This document shows, piece by piece, positions 59,360 through 64,000 of a DNA stretch of 64,000 nt. The notes under the pieces were generated by a model. The model saw only the letters and a program-made list of their open reading frames with translations. It did no database searches and had not been told where the DNA came from. The position numbers and the translations under genes are program-made. Origin of the DNA: Candidatus Zambryskibacteria bacterium CG10_big_fil_rev_8_21_14_0_10_42_12 (GTDB lineage: Bacteria; Patescibacteriota; Minisyncoccia; Phycocordibacterales; 1-14-0-10-42-12). The stretch covers positions 31,168 to 95,167 of the forward strand of contig PCXL01000013.1 in assembly GCA_002787695.1 (NCBI GenBank), read 5' to 3'. Positions within the stretch are counted from its first letter, which is position 1; each line of letters begins with the position of its first letter.

Positions 59360-59899
59360 TTATTTATTCATAAGTGCTTTAAACCGTTTTGCCAACTTTT
59401 CCAATTTCGGCTCTATCACAATAGAACAATATGGTGCGGTTTTATTATTTTCATAATAATTCTTATGGTATTCCTCTGCCTCATAAAATTTTCCTAATGG
59501 TACTACTTCTGTTACAACTGGATTTTCATATACATGCGCATCGTCTGTTTCTTTTATAATCTGCTCTGCTTTTTTCTTCTGCGCATCAGTTGTATAAAAA
59601 ATTACCGACCGATATTGTTCTCCCACGTCATTTCCTTGTCGATTTTTCGTAGTGGGATCATGGGTTCCAAAAAATACTGCGAGCAAATCTTCAAATGAAA
59701 TGATGTTTGGGTCAAATTCAATTTTGACCGCTTCTGCATGTCCGGTGTCACCCTCTACAACATCATAATAGGTTGGATTGTCTGTCTTACCTCCTGCATA
59801 TCCGGGCACCACAGAACCCACACCCTTAAGGCGACTAAAGACTGCTTCCGTACACCAAAAGCATCCTCCTCCAAATACTGCTACCTCAATATGGTTCAT
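59360..59899 (-). CDS. msrA: Peptide-methionine (S)-S-oxide reductase
   Basis: GGCFWCTE, GHAE, QYRS, AEEYHKNY, YC. Confidence 0.96.
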   Translation of the reverse strand: MNHIEVAVFGGGCFWCTEAVFSRLKGVGSVVPGYAGGKTDNPTYYDVVEGDTGHAEAVKIEFDPNIISFEDLLAVFFGTHDPTTKNRQGNDVGEQYRSVIFYTTDAQKKKAEQIIKETDDAHVYENPVVTEVVPLGKFYEAEEYHKNYYENNKTAPYCSIVIEPKLEKLAKRFKALMNK

Positions 59900-60018
59900 A
59901 TTTTTATAATACTCTTTTTGAAAGAAATATGTCAGAGCACATATACCCGCCTCTCCAGACAATTGCTAATTGACAAACATTGTTGTATAACGAGCTTGCA
60001 CTTCATGAACCTAAACCT

Positions 60019-61236
60019 ATGACAAAAAAGAGTCGTGTTGCCGAAGAATTAGCTAAAGAAGGGAATATTTCCATCATCAACCTGGTAGATGCCATTGTTG
60101 AAGAAGCATATACACTGAAATCATCCGATATTCATATTGATCCCACTGCCAAGTCAGTAACGGTACGCATGCGTATCGATGGCGTCCTCCAAGACATCTA
60201 TACATTACCGAAAGAGATTCAATCTGAGATTGTGACACGTATCAAAGTGCTTGCAGGTCTGCGTACCGATGAACATCAGACTCCACAGGATGGTCGCTTC
60301 CGCACAGATGTGCCAGACGTTGGCCCTATTGATATACGTGTCGCAATCGCACCAACCCACTACGGAGAAAACGCTGTCCTTCGTTTGCTTTCTGAAAACT
60401 CTGAAAAATTTACACTTGAAATGCTTGGTTTCGATGATAAAGACGCAAAACGCATTCGCGAAGCAATTAAAAAGCCTTACGGCATGATCCTCGTAACAGG
60501 ACCAACCGGCTCAGGTAAAACAACCACACTCTATACAGTTCTTAAAGACTTGAACACTAAAGAAGTTGCCATCATCACCATTGAAGACCCGATTGAATAT
60601 GCTATTGATGGCATAAACCAGATGCAGGTCAATTCGCGCACCGGCATGACATTTGCAAACGGTCTTCGTTCTATGCTCCGTCAAGACCCCGACATCATCA
60701 TGGTCGGAGAAATTCGTGATTCCGAAACGTCAGGACTTGCAGTTAACACAGCACTGACCGGCCATCTGGTCCTCTCGACACTTCATACCAGTGACGCCGC
60801 TACTACACTACCTCGTCTCATAGATCTCGGCGTGGAACCATACCTCATCACTGCAACCGTTAACGTTGTTATCGGACAACGTCTTGTTCGAACTATTTGT
60901 AATAGCTGCAAAACCAAAAAACAACTAACTGATCTCGAGAAAGAAAGTATCCAAGGCATGGAAGGAGCCGATGTTCTACAGCATACACATGAGGTATACC
61001 ACGGCACAGGTTGTGATGAGTGTACCGGCAGTGGTTACAAAGGACGCATGGGTATTTATGAAGTCATGCCAATTGACGAGCCTATTCGCGAGGCCATGCT
61101 TCGCAGATGCTCCTCAACAGAAATGAGAAAAATCGCTATCCAAAACGGGATGAAATCCATGATCAAAGATGGATTTAATAAAGTCGCAAGCGGAAAAACG
61201 ACGTTAGAAGAAGTGCTCCGTGTAATTCACGAATAA
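60019..61236 (+). CDS. pilB: Type IV pilus/T2SS assembly ATPase (GspE/PilB), N-terminally short
   Basis: SDIHIDP, TGPTGSGKTTTLY, LRQDPDIIMVGEIRD, tetra-Cys motif. Confidence 0.92.
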   Translation: MTKKSRVAEELAKEGNISIINLVDAIVEEAYTLKSSDIHIDPTAKSVTVRMRIDGVLQDIYTLPKEIQSEIVTRIKVLAGLRTDEHQTPQDGRFRTDVPDVGPIDIRVAIAPTHYGENAVLRLLSENSEKFTLEMLGFDDKDAKRIREAIKKPYGMILVTGPTGSGKTTTLYTVLKDLNTKEVAIITIEDPIEYAIDGINQMQVNSRTGMTFANGLRSMLRQDPDIIMVGEIRDSETSGLAVNTALTGHLVLSTLHTSDAATTLPRLIDLGVEPYLITATVNVVIGQRLVRTICNSCKTKKQLTDLEKESIQGMEGADVLQHTHEVYHGTGCDECTGSGYKGRMGIYEVMPIDEPIREAMLRRCSSTEMRKIAIQNGMKSMIKDGFNKVASGKTTLEEVLRVIHE

Positions 61237-61240
61237 TATT

Positions 61241-62359
61241 ATGACAACAGCAACCCTCACAGAAAGTTTTAAGAACCTCATGACTGATATCAAAACCAGT
61301 CTCACGATGCCGAGACTTTCCCTCCAAGAACAAGCACTCTTTGCAAAGCGTCTCTCACTCCTTACACAATCTGGAGTCCCCCTTCTCCGCGGTGTTCATA
61401 TGCTAGAAGCTGATGCTGAATCACGCAATCTCAAAAAGATGTTCACCCTCATTGCTGAGGATTTAGCAAACGGACAATTCCTCTCAAAAAGTTTAGGGAG
61501 GTTTCGTAAGGTATTCGGTGATTTTGCCATTAACATGATCTACGTTGGTGAGACGTCGGGAAACTTATCACAAAACCTTCGCTATCTTTCAGAAGAAATA
61601 GACAAACAGCGTAGACTTCGCCAAAAAGTTGTGAGTGCCCTTGTGTACCCATGTGTTATTTTGATCGCTTCACTTGCAGTTTCTGGTCTTATGACAGTCT
61701 ATCTATTTCCTAAACTGCTCCCCATTTTTAAAAGTCTCAACGTTGACCTACCGTTTACGACACGTGCCCTACTCTTCATCAGTAATTTCTTGATTAATTA
61801 TTGGTACTATCTGCTCGGTGGACTCATCACACTGATTATTGCGTTCTTTTTACTACTCCGCGCGACTCCATTTCGATTCTTGATGCACAAACTGGTACTC
61901 AAAATCCCGCTCGTCGGAACCATGCTCAAGTACTACTACATCGTCAACATGTGCCGCACACTTGGTATTACCTTTAAAAGTCAGATCCATGTACTTGAAG
62001 CAACAAACATCACTGCTGATACCTGCACCAACATGGTCTATAGCAAAGCGCTTCGCGAACTCAATCAATCAATCACCAAGGGTGGCAATATGGCCGACTA
62101 TTTCTCACAAGATAAAGCACACTTCCCTTCTCTTATGTCTCAAATGATTTCAATCGGCGAAAGTACCGGAACACTGAGCGATACCTTGCTGTATCTTTCA
62201 AATATTTACGAGGAAGAACTTGATGAGCAAACGAAACGACTGTCCTCTCTCATCGAGCCAGCCGTCATGATTTTCATGGGTATTATTGTTGGGTTTATTG
62301 CCGTATCCATTATTACACCGATATACGAGATAACGCAGAACTTAAATCCAAAGCACTAA
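61241..62359 (+). CDS. pilC: Type II secretion F / PilC platform protein
   Basis: GETSGNL and GESTGTL repeats, ALVYP, LIEP. Confidence 0.92.
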   Translation: MTTATLTESFKNLMTDIKTSLTMPRLSLQEQALFAKRLSLLTQSGVPLLRGVHMLEADAESRNLKKMFTLIAEDLANGQFLSKSLGRFRKVFGDFAINMIYVGETSGNLSQNLRYLSEEIDKQRRLRQKVVSALVYPCVILIASLAVSGLMTVYLFPKLLPIFKSLNVDLPFTTRALLFISNFLINYWYYLLGGLITLIIAFFLLLRATPFRFLMHKLVLKIPLVGTMLKYYYIVNMCRTLGITFKSQIHVLEATNITADTCTNMVYSKALRELNQSITKGGNMADYFSQDKAHFPSLMSQMISIGESTGTLSDTLLYLSNIYEEELDEQTKRLSSLIEPAVMIFMGIIVGFIAVSIITPIYEITQNLNPKH

Positions 62360-62361
62360 TT

Positions 62362-62790
62362 ATGAAAAGGGGTTTTACGCTACTGGAAATACTGATTACT
62401 TTAGGCATCATCGGATTGCTTGCGTTTATCGGTATTATCACAGGCGTTGACACCTATAAGCGGTATCTTACCCGTTCTGACATAGACTCGGCCGCAGTGC
62501 TTTTGCAAAAAGCTCGCAGTTCAGCAATCAACAACATCGGCAACACGAGCCATGGCGTACATGTTGGAAATACTGGTGAGTTTGTGTTATTCCGCGGCAA
62601 CTCATACGCATCACGCGATACAACGTATGATCTTGTGATAGAACAAAACAAAGATATAGCTATCAGCGGACTTTCCGAAGTCGTGTTCAGTCAAATTTCC
62701 GGCGAGACCACCGCAGGAACTATAACGGTGACAAGCGACACCGGAAATATAACCATAAACATTAATAGTGAAGGAGGTATTAATTGGTAA
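62362..62790 (+). CDS. Type IV prepilin-like protein
   Basis: MKRG|FTLLEIL class III signal peptide. Confidence 0.9.
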   Translation: MKRGFTLLEILITLGIIGLLAFIGIITGVDTYKRYLTRSDIDSAAVLLQKARSSAINNIGNTSHGVHVGNTGEFVLFRGNSYASRDTTYDLVIEQNKDIAISGLSEVVFSQISGETTAGTITVTSDTGNITININSEGGINW

Positions 62791-62794
62791 TCAT

Positions 62795-64000
62795 ATGTAT
62801 ACAAAAGGATCCAGCATCATAGAAATCATCATCGCGCTTGCCGTCCTCACATTTGGTATTACTGCCGGCACCTTACTTGCATTTTCAAATCAAAGTATCG
62901 AGCTTGATACTCAGACTGCGAGCGAAGCACTCTACATCACCAAGGATGCCATCGAAAACGTGCGCGCAACGGCACAAGGAGATTTTAGCGAAATCGCTTC
63001 GCTTGAAATCACACAAAGCATTGATATTTATACAAATCAAATTTTTGCTTTAAATTCTGACTGTTCAAAGCGAGTGACAAGTCTCACCACCTGGCAGACT
63101 GATGCACAAAGAGACAAGTATATTTCGCTTACCACAGAAATTGCAGACATGACTGAAGCACTTGCCTTAGGTGGCGGATGCACAGGATTTCCGGGAGACG
63201 AATGGTATCACCCTGATACATCAAATGTAGCAAACACCAACCCTGCAAGTGCACGGGGCACCGGTGTTGATGTAGCAAAAATAAATGGACGAGCATATGC
63301 TTTTGTCACATCCGATATTAGTGGATCGAGTCAAGATGATTTTTGGGCATTTGATGTAGAAGATGTCACCCAAACAACTGCACCAACAAAAATGACATCC
63401 CTCGATACTGGACTTGGTCTTGTAGACATCGCGGTAGCAAAACAAGAATCAACCGGAAAATATTTTGCCTATGTTGCAAACAAAGAAATAGAAGTGCCAC
63501 CGAGTGACCCTGTTGTGAGAGAACAACTACAAGTCATTGAGGTTACCAACATCGATGATCCTAACCCACATAACAGGGCGGTACTCAGAGCATCTATTGA
63601 ACTTCCTGGTGTTGATCCAGAAGGATCATATCCTGAAGGACGCTCAATATTTTATTACAACAACAAAGTGTACATCGGCATCGCCGAAACAGATGGGCCC
63701 GAATTTCATGTCTTTAATGTCACAAACCCTACAAGCCCACAACATCTCGGCAGTATAGAACTCACACACAACGTAAACGATATAGTAGTCAGAGGTGATT
63801 ATGCATACCTTGCAACATCGGATAACTCCGGAGAGGTCATGGTTATCGATATCAGTAACCCAAGTGCCATGGTACATCCTGATATAAGTGGTCTCAAATA
63901 CAATGCACCCGGAAGTGCTGACGCAACAGCTGTATACGTATCAGGTAACACACTATACGCAGGAAGAAACAGAGATGGATCACAGGACGACTTTTTCGTA
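62795..64000 (+). CDS. Large pilin-like protein with LVIVD-type beta-propeller repeats (partial, runs off the window)
   Basis: MYTKG|SSIIEIIIALAVL; repeats such as VVRGDYAYLAT, VIDISNP, VYVSGNTLYAG; open to the window end. Confidence 0.8.
   Translation, partial: MYTKGSSIIEIIIALAVLTFGITAGTLLAFSNQSIELDTQTASEALYITKDAIENVRATAQGDFSEIASLEITQSIDIYTNQIFALNSDCSKRVTSLTTWQTDAQRDKYISLTTEIADMTEALALGGGCTGFPGDEWYHPDTSNVANTNPASARGTGVDVAKINGRAYAFVTSDISGSSQDDFWAFDVEDVTQTTAPTKMTSLDTGLGLVDIAVAKQESTGKYFAYVANKEIEVPPSDPVVREQLQVIEVTNIDDPNPHNRAVLRASIELPGVDPEGSYPEGRSIFYYNNKVYIGIAETDGPEFHVFNVTNPTSPQHLGSIELTHNVNDIVVRGDYAYLATSDNSGEVMVIDISNPSAMVHPDISGLKYNAPGSADATAVYVSGNTLYAGRNRDGSQDDFFV

Noticed and set aside
1-64000. 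CRISPR array, integron attC array, reverse transcriptase/DGR, prophage, TGA recoding
   Set aside because: No spaced repeats, integrase, RT or phage genes seen; TGA ends several genes and conserved genes are uninterrupted

Overview
Core-genome segment of a bacterium that looks like Patescibacteria/CPR (Parcubacteria-like). This is inferred from compact RpoB/RpoC, split transketolase, pilin clusters, Gmad2/DUF2207/LemA content and core genes mostly without Shine-Dalgarno (SD) sites; the genetic code is standard. Contents: hisS tail, uppP, DsbA, a UvrD-nuclease fusion, rpoB-rpoC-dnaG-rpoD, trmD/khpA/rpsP, rnr, a short SMC, nrdA-nrdB-gap-rpiB-rpe-tkt, tRNA-Ser(GGA), htpX/DUF2207/lemA, groES-groEL, secG, rnj, transporters, a Msr/Trx/CcdA redox island and the start of a type IV pilus locus. 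No CRISPR, integrase, transposase or rRNA was seen. Main unexplained signals: (1) eight dispersed single-gene cassettes (seven ORFans plus a PEP-CTERM protein), each with its own sigma70 promoter, SD and hairpin, among core genes that lack SD and are often apparently leaderless; (2) an SMC with no recognisable hinge; (3) a tyrosyl-radical-less class Ic-type NrdB; (4) several tiny non-coding repeat families: a TIR element with target duplication, a tRNA-3'-anchored element, REP-like palindromes, and heptamer tracts, one lying inside trmD. All motif calls were made by eye; no database searches were run.
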